This document shows positions 40,791 to 50,457 of a stretch of 56,552 nucleotides of DNA, one piece after another. The notes beneath the pieces were generated by a model. The model was given only the letters and a program-made list of their open reading frames with translations, had not been told where the DNA came from and made no database searches. Source of the DNA: Burkholderiaceae bacterium. GTDB lineage: Bacteria > Pseudomonadota > Gammaproteobacteria > Burkholderiales > Burkholderiaceae. The stretch lies in the NCBI GenBank assembly GCA_027486025.1, contig JAIXPY010000087.1:1-56552 (forward strand), given 5' to 3'. The position numbers and the translations under genes were made by a program. Every line of letters begins with the position of its first letter. Positions within the stretch are counted from its first letter, which is position 1.

Positions 40791-41707
40791 TGACTCAATC
40801 CTATTTGCATAGGGATTGCCCTATTTGCCAGTCTAAAACTAAATCTGTGAATGAGGTGAGCTCTCTTCAAAGAGCGGAGGATTTAAGTTATGAATCTCTG
40901 ATTCCCTACTGGAATGGGTTCTTTAAAGAAAAAATATTTTTTTCTTATGCTCGATGTGAAGAGTGCGCATTACTTTTTGCCCCCATCTTTTATGATTTAG
41001 ATCAATTGGGAGCTTTGTATGAACAGATGTCTCCGAATATGGATCTCGTGCCAATGGCCGCACTAGTAAAAACCCAAAGGGGATATTTTGAGGAGTTAAA
41101 AAAGTTTAGCACGCTGAAAAATGGTTATATAGAGATAGGGCCAGACATCGGTATTTTTACAGAGAATTGCAGTAGAGAGGGCGAGTTCAATAACTACTGG
41201 CTTTGTGAGCCCAACAGGGAAGTTGCAGGCGCACTCGCTAAATCAGTTGGTCATAACCAATTTACTATCATTGAAGATATGTTTGGTTTTAGTCAAATCC
41301 CAGATCACAGCGCAGGTGCTGCAGTAATGATCCAAGTTCTAGATCATTTACTAGATCCGATAGCTACACTAACGGAGTTAAGGGCAAAATTAATGCCAGA
41401 TGCTAAGCTGTTAATTGTGACCCACAATGAAAAGTCCTTGTTAAGAAAGATTGTTGGCTGGAGATGGCCGGCTTTTTGCTTGCAACATCCACAAATTTAT
41501 AACCCAAATTCAATAACAAAACTCTTAGAGAAATCTGGATATAAAGTGACCTCTATAGAAAAAACAAGAAATTATTTTGAATTTAGCTTTCTGCTAAAAC
41601 ATTTGTTATGGGCTTTCGGGATTAAAGTTAAATCAGTTCCAAGCATTTTTAATTTTACGATTGGATTGAAGCTAGGTAATATTGTCACTATTGCTACTCC
41701 GAGATAA
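40790..41707 (+). CDS. Class I SAM-dependent methyltransferase with N-terminal Cys4 motif
   Basis: CPIC...CEEC, IEIGPDIG, CEP, QVLDHL.DP. Confidence 0.75.
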   Translation: MTQSYLHRDCPICQSKTKSVNEVSSLQRAEDLSYESLIPYWNGFFKEKIFFSYARCEECALLFAPIFYDLDQLGALYEQMSPNMDLVPMAALVKTQRGYFEELKKFSTLKNGYIEIGPDIGIFTENCSREGEFNNYWLCEPNREVAGALAKSVGHNQFTIIEDMFGFSQIPDHSAGAAVMIQVLDHLLDPIATLTELRAKLMPDAKLLIVTHNEKSLLRKIVGWRWPAFCLQHPQIYNPNSITKLLEKSGYKVTSIEKTRNYFEFSFLLKHLLWAFGIKVKSVPSIFNFTIGLKLGNIVTIATPR

Positions 41708-41709
41708 AA

Positions 41710-42645
41710 ATGAGCAAAAAATTAATATCCATAGTTACTCCTACCTATAACGAAATTGATAATATTGAATTATTACTGTCTCGCATTAGAGAAGTGATTG
41801 CTCCATTAGATCGGTATGACTTTGAGATTTTAGTGATTGATAATTGCTCAATTGACGGCACTCAAGATAAAATTCGAGAACTTGCTAGTCAAGATATGCG
41901 AATAAAAGCAATATTTAATGCTCGTAATTTTGGCCATATTAGATCGCCGTATTACGGAATATTGCAAAGTACTGGAGAAGCGACTATTTATATGGCTTCA
42001 GACTTCCAAGATCCACCAGAGTTCATTCCTCAATTTATTGAGGAGTGGGAAAAGGGCTGGAAGCTGGTGATGGCAGTGAAGCCGGCCAGTGAAGCTAGTG
42101 CAGTGATGCATTTTTTAAGAAAAACATACTATCGTCTTATCGATAGGATTTCTGATGTGAGCATCCTCAGAGACTCCACTGGGTTTGGCTTGTATGATAA
42201 AAAAGTTTTGGATAATCTACGAAAAATTAATGATCCTTATCCTTTTTTAAGAGGGCTTATTTGTGAGTTAGGATACCCAATTAAAGCTATTCCCTTTGTC
42301 CAGCCTCGACGACTTGGCGGAATAACAAAAAATAATTTTTACACACTATTTGATATAGCAATGCTTGGAATAGTCAGCCACTCTAAGCTTCCAATCAGAA
42401 TTGCCGCCCTAGTTGGATTTATTTTGGGAGCAATTAGTATTCTTGTGGCTGTCTATTTTTTAGTGATGAAGCTCATTTTCTGGGACTCCTTTCCCTTGGG
42501 TGGTGCCCCAGCACTTATTGGATTATTTTTCTTGTTCGGCGTGCTCTTATTCTTTATTGGACTATTGGGGGAGTACATTGGATCAATTCATACCTACATT
42601 CAAAATCGCCCAATAGTTGTTGAAAAAGAACGAATCAATTTCTGA
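41710..42645 (+). CDS. GT2 polyprenol-phosphate glycosyltransferase (GtrB/ArnC-like)
   Basis: SIVTPTYNE, IDNCS.DGT, RNFG, DFQDPP, two C-terminal TM helices, GEYIG..RP. Confidence 0.9.
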   Translation: MSKKLISIVTPTYNEIDNIELLLSRIREVIAPLDRYDFEILVIDNCSIDGTQDKIRELASQDMRIKAIFNARNFGHIRSPYYGILQSTGEATIYMASDFQDPPEFIPQFIEEWEKGWKLVMAVKPASEASAVMHFLRKTYYRLIDRISDVSILRDSTGFGLYDKKVLDNLRKINDPYPFLRGLICELGYPIKAIPFVQPRRLGGITKNNFYTLFDIAMLGIVSHSKLPIRIAALVGFILGAISILVAVYFLVMKLIFWDSFPLGGAPALIGLFFLFGVLLFFIGLLGEYIGSIHTYIQNRPIVVEKERINF

Positions 42646-42654
42646 TGTTGGCCT

Positions 42655-45129
42655 ATGGAAAATAGACGTTTAAGTAAATTTTATAGGACTAAATATTTTC
42701 TTACTACCGTCATAGTTTGCCTTGCTTTAGCATCCATTTTTTTTATAGCGGCAGAAATAAAAAAATTCAAAGATGTAGATTTTCAAATTCATAAAATTGA
42801 AAAATTACCTAATCTTAAGACATATGAACTGACCAATACAATGCCGGGAGATCTTCCAATACGGCTTGGAGGTCTTCAGAAAGATGAGAGCGCATATTTT
42901 TCTGCCAGCTTCACATTTAAGGGCGGCTTTAAAAAAAATCCACAGAATCTTTTTCAGACCGCCCCATTAAATTCAGGAATAAGACTTGAATTAATTGGAA
43001 ATATTCTTGGGGTCATTTATTCTGATAATCAAGAAATTAGTGGCTACAGCTCGCTAATCTTGGAAAAAAACCTAATTTCGAATGAAGAACACCATATCAA
43101 GATTGAGGCGTTGACGCACGAGTTTTTAAGAATTTCAGTTGATGACCATATTAAGACAATTAAATCTCCATATTTGGTTTTTTCAACCAGCGAATTTTTA
43201 ATTGGCGGTGGTTTTTCCCCGGACAGAACTTACTCTGGGGAAATTAAAGACATTACATTCAAGAGCGTCAACTATCATTCTTGGGTTGGATCGGTCCTAC
43301 GTTTCTTACCAGGAGATTTTGGATCTTTGTTATCGGCTATTACAAAAATAGGATTATTGCTTTCAGTTATCTTCTACTTGATATTCAGAAAATTAGAAGC
43401 AAGAATAATCAATTTTCCAAAAATTTCTGTTGGTGATAACAAGCAAATATGCGTGCTCGTCTTATTTCAGTTGCTGTTAATTTATTTCCTCCCACCATAC
43501 AAATATATTCTCGTTCATTACGTATATTTATATCTAGCCGGAATTCTCCTTGTACGGCTAATTATTCCGGCCCAAATTAATTTGAATGGTTTTGCCTGGC
43601 TATTCGCCCCATTGGTTGGCTTGATGTTGAATACAATTATTGGGGCTTATTCCATTGCATTTGAGCTCCCAATTTCGCTGTTGGCCATTCTTCCACTATT
43701 GCCTTTTATGACTCTCCTGGCGTTAAGGGCTTTATCCAAAGATCGGTTTTTTAATCAACGAATTTTTCCATCCGCTGAAAACGTTTTGACCAGCTTAAAG
43801 GCTTTAACATTTTTAACGCCGATTATCCTACTGTGTCTTTGGCCAGGATTAGATGGATTGAACTCAACAACTCCAATACGAATCGGCCCAGATGCTGCTT
43901 TATATGGGTTTATGAATCAATATCTACTGGATGGTGGTACGTGGGGTGCGGCTGTTCTCAGGCTCCCAGAGTTTTATGGGATGAGAGTTGGGGACATAAC
44001 CAAGTACACCAATTTAACAATGGATTGGCCCTTTGCTTATTACTATCGATGGGGTTTGGCAAGCTTTCAGCTGTCCGGCAGTTTAATTAATGGGATTGAC
44101 CATGCGTACAAATTTGGATTCGCATCATTGATGCTTCCTTATTTGCTCTTAGGGGGAATAGTTTTTTATTGGCTCAAAGAAGTATTCAAGTTAAGTACTA
44201 CTCTGTCTGTTATTGGGTTTGTAGGCTTTATCTTTAATATAAATTTACTGAACCTATGGTTTGAAGGTTTTTATGGAAACACGTTTTCACTATGCATGTA
44301 CGGTCTTCTCTATCTGCTGATAGATTCTCTTTTGATCAGAGGTGGGCTGATAAGGAAAGATAAGATACGAAACTCCATCTTCTTTGGATTCATATTTTCT
44401 GCAATCCTTGCGAGTTACGGCGAGGGTCTCTTATTTGTTTTTCCTGTTTTGTTGGCGTTTCATGGAGCGCTAAACCTAATACTTAGACGTTCTATAGATA
44501 TGAGCCTGTACGGCCAATTATTAGTCGGTTTATTGATTGCGGTAGTAATGATGCTCCCTTGTCAATTCCTATTGGATTGGTTTTTTACAAGCCTAAAGCA
44601 AGTTAGCGAAGAGGGGGGAAATGGCTATCCTCAACCGTATTGGGCTTTTTTAAGTGAAATTCTTGGCTTGAGTAATATTTATCAAAATATTAATGCGTTA
44701 AATGGTGGCGTTTCCATGAATTATTCCACCAAACAATTTTTCCTAACAATATCCTCAACAATAGTATTGCTGGCTGTTGTCGTGTTAAATTTTGTGAGAA
44801 ACAAGGCTTACTGCACTCTTGGCTTAAGCGCTTATCTCCTTACAGTCATTTTTCTAGGTTACATATACAGATCAAACCCATTAAATAATTATGCATATAT
44901 GAAGATGTATGCATTCATGTTACCCATTTTATTTGTCTATTTTTGGAGCTCAATAGTAAATCTAACTGAAAGTAGTGTAAGTTTTATCAGGGGGCACTCA
45001 AACATCATTGCCCTTTCTTTGGCTGCTACCATGGTGCTAAATGGGATAGCTTACATCGCAACCTATGAGTCAACTTCCAAAAAGGTCAATATAGAATTTA
45101 CGCTTGATCATCAACCCTTATCTACTTGA
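42655..45129 (+). CDS. Large membrane protein: LamG-like beta domain plus polytopic GT-C-like region; probably split from 45126-45482
   Basis: NLFQT..NSGIRLEL and FLIGGGF..R..SG.I motifs; GPDAALY loop; many TM segments. Confidence 0.6.
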   Translation: MENRRLSKFYRTKYFLTTVIVCLALASIFFIAAEIKKFKDVDFQIHKIEKLPNLKTYELTNTMPGDLPIRLGGLQKDESAYFSASFTFKGGFKKNPQNLFQTAPLNSGIRLELIGNILGVIYSDNQEISGYSSLILEKNLISNEEHHIKIEALTHEFLRISVDDHIKTIKSPYLVFSTSEFLIGGGFSPDRTYSGEIKDITFKSVNYHSWVGSVLRFLPGDFGSLLSAITKIGLLLSVIFYLIFRKLEARIINFPKISVGDNKQICVLVLFQLLLIYFLPPYKYILVHYVYLYLAGILLVRLIIPAQINLNGFAWLFAPLVGLMLNTIIGAYSIAFELPISLLAILPLLPFMTLLALRALSKDRFFNQRIFPSAENVLTSLKALTFLTPIILLCLWPGLDGLNSTTPIRIGPDAALYGFMNQYLLDGGTWGAAVLRLPEFYGMRVGDITKYTNLTMDWPFAYYYRWGLASFQLSGSLINGIDHAYKFGFASLMLPYLLLGGIVFYWLKEVFKLSTTLSVIGFVGFIFNINLLNLWFEGFYGNTFSLCMYGLLYLLIDSLLIRGGLIRKDKIRNSIFFGFIFSAILASYGEGLLFVFPVLLAFHGALNLILRRSIDMSLYGQLLVGLLIAVVMMLPCQFLLDWFFTSLKQVSEEGGNGYPQPYWAFLSEILGLSNIYQNINALNGGVSMNYSTKQFFLTISSTIVLLAVVVLNFVRNKAYCTLGLSAYLLTVIFLGYIYRSNPLNNYAYMKMYAFMLPILFVYFWSSIVNLTESSVSFIRGHSNIIALSLAATMVLNGIAYIATYESTSKKVNIEFTLDHQPLST

Positions 45130-45482
45130 ATCTAGAGAATGCAGTAATGTACCCCGTTCTCGGTTTACTTTATCCTTATTTGCTACCGGCCCTTCTTCAT
45201 GCGACATGGCTTACGGACGGATGGGAAAAGCAGTCAATGAAAAGCGGGGAGTATTTATCTATATTTTTAAATAGAAAAATATATCTGTTCCTAGAAAAAG
45301 AGGTTTGCTCGGATTACAAATTTAGTCCGAAGAATTTAATATACGATGGCACGTCTTTTATGGTCTTGGATTCCGGAATTTTTATAAAAAATCTAATTCA
45401 TTCTGAAAAGGTTGATATGAGTCGACTTGAAGTGGATAAAGTGGTCCAAGTCATAAAATCAAAAGATTGCCCATCTAAATAG
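45126..45482 (+). CDS. Probable C-terminal fragment of the preceding membrane protein
   Basis: TTG start overlaps the upstream TGA with no clear RBS; 824+118 aa is close to the 938-aa paralogue. Confidence 0.45.
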   Translation: MNLENAVMYPVLGLLYPYLLPALLHATWLTDGWEKQSMKSGEYLSIFLNRKIYLFLEKEVCSDYKFSPKNLIYDGTSFMVLDSGIFIKNLIHSEKVDMSRLEVDKVVQVIKSKDCPSK

Positions 45483-45487
45483 AATGA

Positions 45488-47389
45488 TTATTCTTTATAT
45501 TTTTTCTTGCAGATATAAAGGGTTGTTTGATCATCGAGTGCTCGTTTGAGTTGAATTTGATAGCCTTTTTCAAGCACACATGTCTCATCTAGCCATGCTT
45601 GAATATGCCTTTGGCCTAATGGCTTGCCCGCTCTGAATAACCTCTCATGTGCGCTCCAAGCCATCTCAGGGAGATCGAGATAGATAATAGTATTAGGTGG
45701 ATCTTCTTTAAGTCTAATAGATTCTGCTATTGCATCCTTGTCATTTAAAAAATCAAACCAAGTAATTATGGCTTTACTTTTAGGCCAAGTATTTGTTATA
45801 AGGTAGAAAATGGGAATGTTAGGGAAAGAAAAGATACTGTTGGTTTTCTCAAGGCCTAATACATTTATTGAATCAGAAAATATTTTCTCAGTCTCCGGCG
45901 AGAGATAAAGCCCTTTTAGGACAGGGTTGTCAATATGTAAGCGAGCTGATCTAGCGCTCGGTTCAGAGACTCCCCACCACGCATACGGACGATCTAATTT
46001 GCTGTAGATTAATGTCGCGCTGAGAAGTGCGCAGGAATAAAATGCTAGCCCTACCCCTAAAAACGGAATTGACCGTCTATTACATAGCCAGGAAACTGCC
46101 CAGCCTATAACTATGAATGAGCTAATTTCAGAAAGGCCCGCAGAAGTACCGTTGCCAAAAAAAAGTCCGAGCACACAAATTGCAAGAACTGTTGTCCCTC
46201 TATCAATTTTTACATATTTAGGTATGGAGTAGCTAATTGGAACTAAGGCTAGTTGTATTAGGGTCCAACCAATACTCAACGGAATAAGATAATTAAGAAG
46301 ATGGCGTCCTGGCTCGAATAATTGACTTCTTAACGTTGTATTATCATGCCATGCACATATCATGACGGAGGTAAAAAGTAAAAGAAAGGCAGTTAAGACC
46401 AAGGCCTCTCTATATTTCTCCATTTTTTTGTAAATATTAGCAAAGTATCGACTGCAATTTAAAATCCAAAACATAAATTTACCAAAGATAAATATGACTA
46501 TAAGAACCCTTGCAATTTCATATAGTTGAGTTTTTAAAACCGGAGTAAAAACGCCCATCAACCAGCTCGATAATATTTTTGTTATGCTTCCTTTAGCTGA
46601 AATTGCATTAAAAAATATTTGATCAATAAATGGGATAAGAGCTTGATTAAGCGCAAGATAAGCAATGACCGAACCTATTGGCAAAAAACCACCACATAAA
46701 AAATAGAGTAGAAGCTTAATTTTTCGATGTAATCCAATATTGCTAATCAATGTGATGTATAAGCAAGACATAAATGCGAATATAGCAATAAAAGAGCCAT
46801 TGCTTTGCTTAGTCAAAAAAGCACAGCTTGCAAAAAAACCAGCAAAAAACAGAGGGATAGTGGCTTTGCTGACATTCGATTTTGGGCCCACTTCTACTGG
46901 GTCAAGCCATTTAACGGCTTTTTCAGATGTCAACAGAAAATTAAAAGACAGCAGAGAAAATAGAGTTAGAACTTGTGTGAAGTCATAACTGATGTAGGCA
47001 TTACCAGATTGATAGTAGAGGGATGCAATTGTGGCGCCTACAAAACTTGCTGCAGGCGAAAATTTGAACCTAAAAATCCTAAATAAAAGTAACCCAATTG
47101 AGCAAGTAATTAGTACCCCAAATACTCTCAACGCAAAAAGTGATGACCCAAATATGTATGTGATGAGGGATATAACCCACACATACAGTGGAGTAAGATA
47201 GAGATAAAAGTCCTTGTAAGGAACTTTTCCAGTGATAACCAGGTGCGCATAAGACGAAAACCATCCCTCTGTAAGGGGCAGGAAGCTAAAGTTAAACAAT
47301 AGGTTATACCCCAGCAAGAAAGCAATGAGTCCTGCTGCGGAAAAAAAACTTATGTTGAGAAATTTTTTCATATGACGATCTTGTTGCAT
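45488..47389 (-). CDS. Polytopic GT-C-like (ArnT/PMT-type) glycosyltransferase
   Basis: EGW..YA..I..GKVPYKDFY..TP first-loop motif, LTKQ, many TM segments, soluble C-terminal domain. Confidence 0.7.
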   Translation of the reverse strand: MQQDRHMKKFLNISFFSAAGLIAFLLGYNLLFNFSFLPLTEGWFSSYAHLVITGKVPYKDFYLYLTPLYVWVISLITYIFGSSLFALRVFGVLITCSIGLLLFRIFRFKFSPAASFVGATIASLYYQSGNAYISYDFTQVLTLFSLLSFNFLLTSEKAVKWLDPVEVGPKSNVSKATIPLFFAGFFASCAFLTKQSNGSFIAIFAFMSCLYITLISNIGLHRKIKLLLYFLCGGFLPIGSVIAYLALNQALIPFIDQIFFNAISAKGSITKILSSWLMGVFTPVLKTQLYEIARVLIVIFIFGKFMFWILNCSRYFANIYKKMEKYREALVLTAFLLLFTSVMICAWHDNTTLRSQLFEPGRHLLNYLIPLSIGWTLIQLALVPISYSIPKYVKIDRGTTVLAICVLGLFFGNGTSAGLSEISSFIVIGWAVSWLCNRRSIPFLGVGLAFYSCALLSATLIYSKLDRPYAWWGVSEPSARSARLHIDNPVLKGLYLSPETEKIFSDSINVLGLEKTNSIFSFPNIPIFYLITNTWPKSKAIITWFDFLNDKDAIAESIRLKEDPPNTIIYLDLPEMAWSAHERLFRAGKPLGQRHIQAWLDETCVLEKGYQIQLKRALDDQTTLYICKKKYKE

Positions 47390-50184
47390 AAAGTATCAAA
47401 TGAGCTATTTCTCTCAAATAGATATATTTCCCGATCATCAACCACCGCTATATTTTTAATTAATAGAAGCTGGTTTAAATTTTTTAGAAAACTTGGCCAT
47501 GCATAAGAAATAGATCCTGGTTGATAAATTAAAATGCCATTTTGTTTGAAATTTTGGCAAATATATCTCCTCATAGTGACCGATTGCTTTTCTTCAGTAA
47601 TTGGGGGCATTAGTAGCTGAAGGGGGGTCGGTAGCCATGATTTTTCACTATTCAGTAACTCAATAGTAGGGAAATACGGTGTGGCTGCGCTATCTGAAAA
47701 ATTGACTACAGGAATGTTGCCGGTTGGATTAATCCTATTAAGCTCCAACTCAAGTTTGGTTGATGACTTTGGGAGGTGCTGTGCAATATTTGAAGAGAAT
47801 GATCTGATATTTTCTAGCTGTTGCCACCAGCTTGGCGAATAGAAAGTAGCAAGAATTAGAAAAAAGAGTGGTGTTGAGGCTGCAAAAAGAGGATTTATCG
47901 CATTTCTTAAATCAGACCTAGCGGCAAGTGATATTGATAAAAGACAGCAGAAGGTTAATAGTGGAAAGAGGGCGGTAATATTTTGAGGCACTGGTCTACC
48001 TAAATAATAACTTGCTACAGCCCAAATGCATCCTGCAATTGCAGCAAATGTCATTGCGACATTTTTTTTCATCTGCTTAATTGCTTCAATCAGCGAAACT
48101 CCCACGCCTAGGAAAATAAGCAGCAATAAATTGCCAGGACCGTTTAATGGAAAAGGAACATAGCCATAGCCAGAAGCATAGCCAATCGCATAATCAAAGT
48201 AACTAATAAAGTTAGGAAATTTTCCGATCTTTATAAAATAAATGGCCGATATTAAAACAATCGTAGAGAATAAAATAGAAAGGGAAATAGCAAAATAATC
48301 CCTAATAACGCACTTCTTTTCACTTATTTGACTAGATGAAAGAGTGTCAGCAACAATAATGTAAAAGTAAATTGAGGTGCAGTAAAAAGTACTCTCCGCA
48401 GACCAGAGCACTCCTATGCACCAAGCGATGCATATGATTATTTTCTTTCTAATGCCTGTCGATGGGATTAGCGTTGAAAAAATTAATAGATAGCAGCAGA
48501 GAAATCTAGTAACAGAGGACGATGGAAAGGGTAGTGGTCCAATCCAGTGTGGATCGGCAAAGAAAAAACTTCCTGCAACTAGAAGGAATACGATAATTTT
48601 TTTAAGCCAACTCTCATTGCAGAGGGATAATAATACCAATAAGGTTGTTGAGGAAACGCTAAAAAGAATTATCCCTTGCAAGACATAAAGCGATTGCCAA
48701 GACGAATTCAGTGGAATTGTACTGGCAAGAAGTATATTAAGAAATCCATATTGGGATGGAGCATCAAAAAGTAGCCATCCACCATTTCTAATGGCGCGAA
48801 TGGGTCCGGTAAAGTACTCCCAGTGATACTCAGAGCCCGGAATAAAGAGTGTATCGGATCTAAAGCTGAGAAATAAAAAAAGACATAAGCCCAGCCCTAC
48901 CAAAAGGTATGTAACAACACTCGAATTAGGGCCGCGAGAACCTAACAATTGGGCCGAAAAGATACAAATTAATGTAAAGCCTGAGATTAGCAAATAGGGA
49001 AAGGGTTGATTGCGCAATAAGTCAGATAGAAAAACCCAGTTCTCAAGATTTATGGTTGCAATCCAGCTTGCTATGCAAATAAGGATAAAGATGGCTTTAC
49101 TTTTTACTTTTAGCAGGGGGAGTATGCTTATAGATAGCATTGAAAAAAATAGTAAATAAATATTAAGTCCATTTGATCTATAGCCAATGAAAAGAAGAAT
49201 GCCTGTATAGATAATTAGAGAGGTGGTGATAAGAACGGTATATTTGGCTACGGCTTTATCAACAGAAATCCATTTCGTAGTGCAGATCACTAGTAGTAAT
49301 AATGGAAACGTAAGGTAAGGAATCCACTTAGTAAGTCCAAAATAGCTCCCCGCGATGAACTGGAGGGGCCAAATCGTAAATGTTAAAAATGTAAGAGCGA
49401 GTGGGTAAAAAAGATATGATGTGGTTGTGGAAGATTGTACTTGCACCCATTCCATAAAATTAAAGCTAAGTAATTTTCGTAGGCTAGAATCTTGACTAGT
49501 TTTTTTTGAATTTAATAGCAGTTTTAAGCCCAGAACAAGCCCAGAAAATGCCAAGGAAAGAAGTATCCAGTGGAAAATTTTCCCCAGTAAGGTAACTTGA
49601 CGATATTCAATGGCCGCTGAAAAATTACTAACAAAACCATTTAAATTTCTTGTAAGTGCATACCCAGATCCAATCGAAAAATTTTGAATCTGAAGCTTAT
49701 CGCCATTTAAATCCAATGGGGAAAGGTTTATAACAGTTTTTCCATTCAGCTTTACTGCTAAGTTACCCTTATCTTTGTAGAGGATACTTACTTTATAAGA
49801 TATATTTTCTAATAGATGATCTGCGATTAGATAAAGACGATTATTTCCAATAATAAGAAATAGTTTATTGCCGGGTTGAAGTTCAAGGCGAATACCATTA
49901 GCTTCTGAGGATGTTTGAAAAATATTGCCAAAAGAAAAACTTGGGTCGTGGTTAACGAATTCAAGGCTTATAGATAGATCTGCAATTAAAGCCGGATATT
50001 TTAAAATTAAAAGATTCTGATATCCCTTCCCTGATTCAGAGCTAAAGTATGACAAATCATTTTCATAAATATTATTTTGACTTCGATTGGATAATAAGCT
50101 CGAAAGATAAACTAATGATATGAAGAAAATTAAAAAAAAAATTTTGAAGAATGTATTGCCTAAATTACTTGAAGATATATTCAT
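47368..50184 (-). CDS. Large membrane protein: LamG-like domain plus GT-C-like region
   Basis: NIFQTS..ANGIRLEL, FSIGSGY..R..NG.V; HW.YF.GP...G..L..D.PSQYG loop; WSAE. Confidence 0.62.
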   Translation of the reverse strand: MNISSSNLGNTFFKIFFLIFFISLVYLSSLLSNRSQNNIYENDLSYFSSESGKGYQNLLILKYPALIADLSISLEFVNHDPSFSFGNIFQTSSEANGIRLELQPGNKLFLIIGNNRLYLIADHLLENISYKVSILYKDKGNLAVKLNGKTVINLSPLDLNGDKLQIQNFSIGSGYALTRNLNGFVSNFSAAIEYRQVTLLGKIFHWILLSLAFSGLVLGLKLLLNSKKTSQDSSLRKLLSFNFMEWVQVQSSTTTSYLFYPLALTFLTFTIWPLQFIAGSYFGLTKWIPYLTFPLLLLVICTTKWISVDKAVAKYTVLITTSLIIYTGILLFIGYRSNGLNIYLLFFSMLSISILPLLKVKSKAIFILICIASWIATINLENWVFLSDLLRNQPFPYLLISGFTLICIFSAQLLGSRGPNSSVVTYLLVGLGLCLFLFLSFRSDTLFIPGSEYHWEYFTGPIRAIRNGGWLLFDAPSQYGFLNILLASTIPLNSSWQSLYVLQGIILFSVSSTTLLVLLSLCNESWLKKIIVFLLVAGSFFFADPHWIGPLPFPSSSVTRFLCCYLLIFSTLIPSTGIRKKIIICIAWCIGVLWSAESTFYCTSIYFYIIVADTLSSSQISEKKCVIRDYFAISLSILFSTIVLISAIYFIKIGKFPNFISYFDYAIGYASGYGYVPFPLNGPGNLLLLIFLGVGVSLIEAIKQMKKNVAMTFAAIAGCIWAVASYYLGRPVPQNITALFPLLTFCCLLSISLAARSDLRNAINPLFAASTPLFFLILATFYSPSWWQQLENIRSFSSNIAQHLPKSSTKLELELNRINPTGNIPVVNFSDSAATPYFPTIELLNSEKSWLPTPLQLLMPPITEEKQSVTMRRYICQNFKQNGILIYQPGSISYAWPSFLKNLNQLLLIKNIAVVDDREIYLFERNSSFDTLCNKIVI

Positions 50185-50457
50185 TTACATTGAAGGGTAA
50201 TTAATAGGTTAAAAGCCTAGATTTATAGAGTTTATAAAAATTATTAGTAGCTGGAGGAATTTGTATGCAATTAAGTTTCTTTGCAGAATTTTTATAGCTC
50301 ATAATTGATCCATTTATTTCACTGTAATACTTCCTAAAAATTAGATACTACTAAAGTCGATTTTTCTGCTTGCTGTCGATGGTGTGTCGGTGACAACTTC
50401 CCATGCTCTGCATGTTGCTTCAACGGCTTTGAAACTAAATGACCTTAAAGTAGCTCG

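Noticed and set aside
50185-50457. Possible gene remnant or ncRNA between the GT-C-like gene and the M23 peptidase
   Set aside because: The short open frames have no start or recognisable motif and no convincing stem-loop was seen
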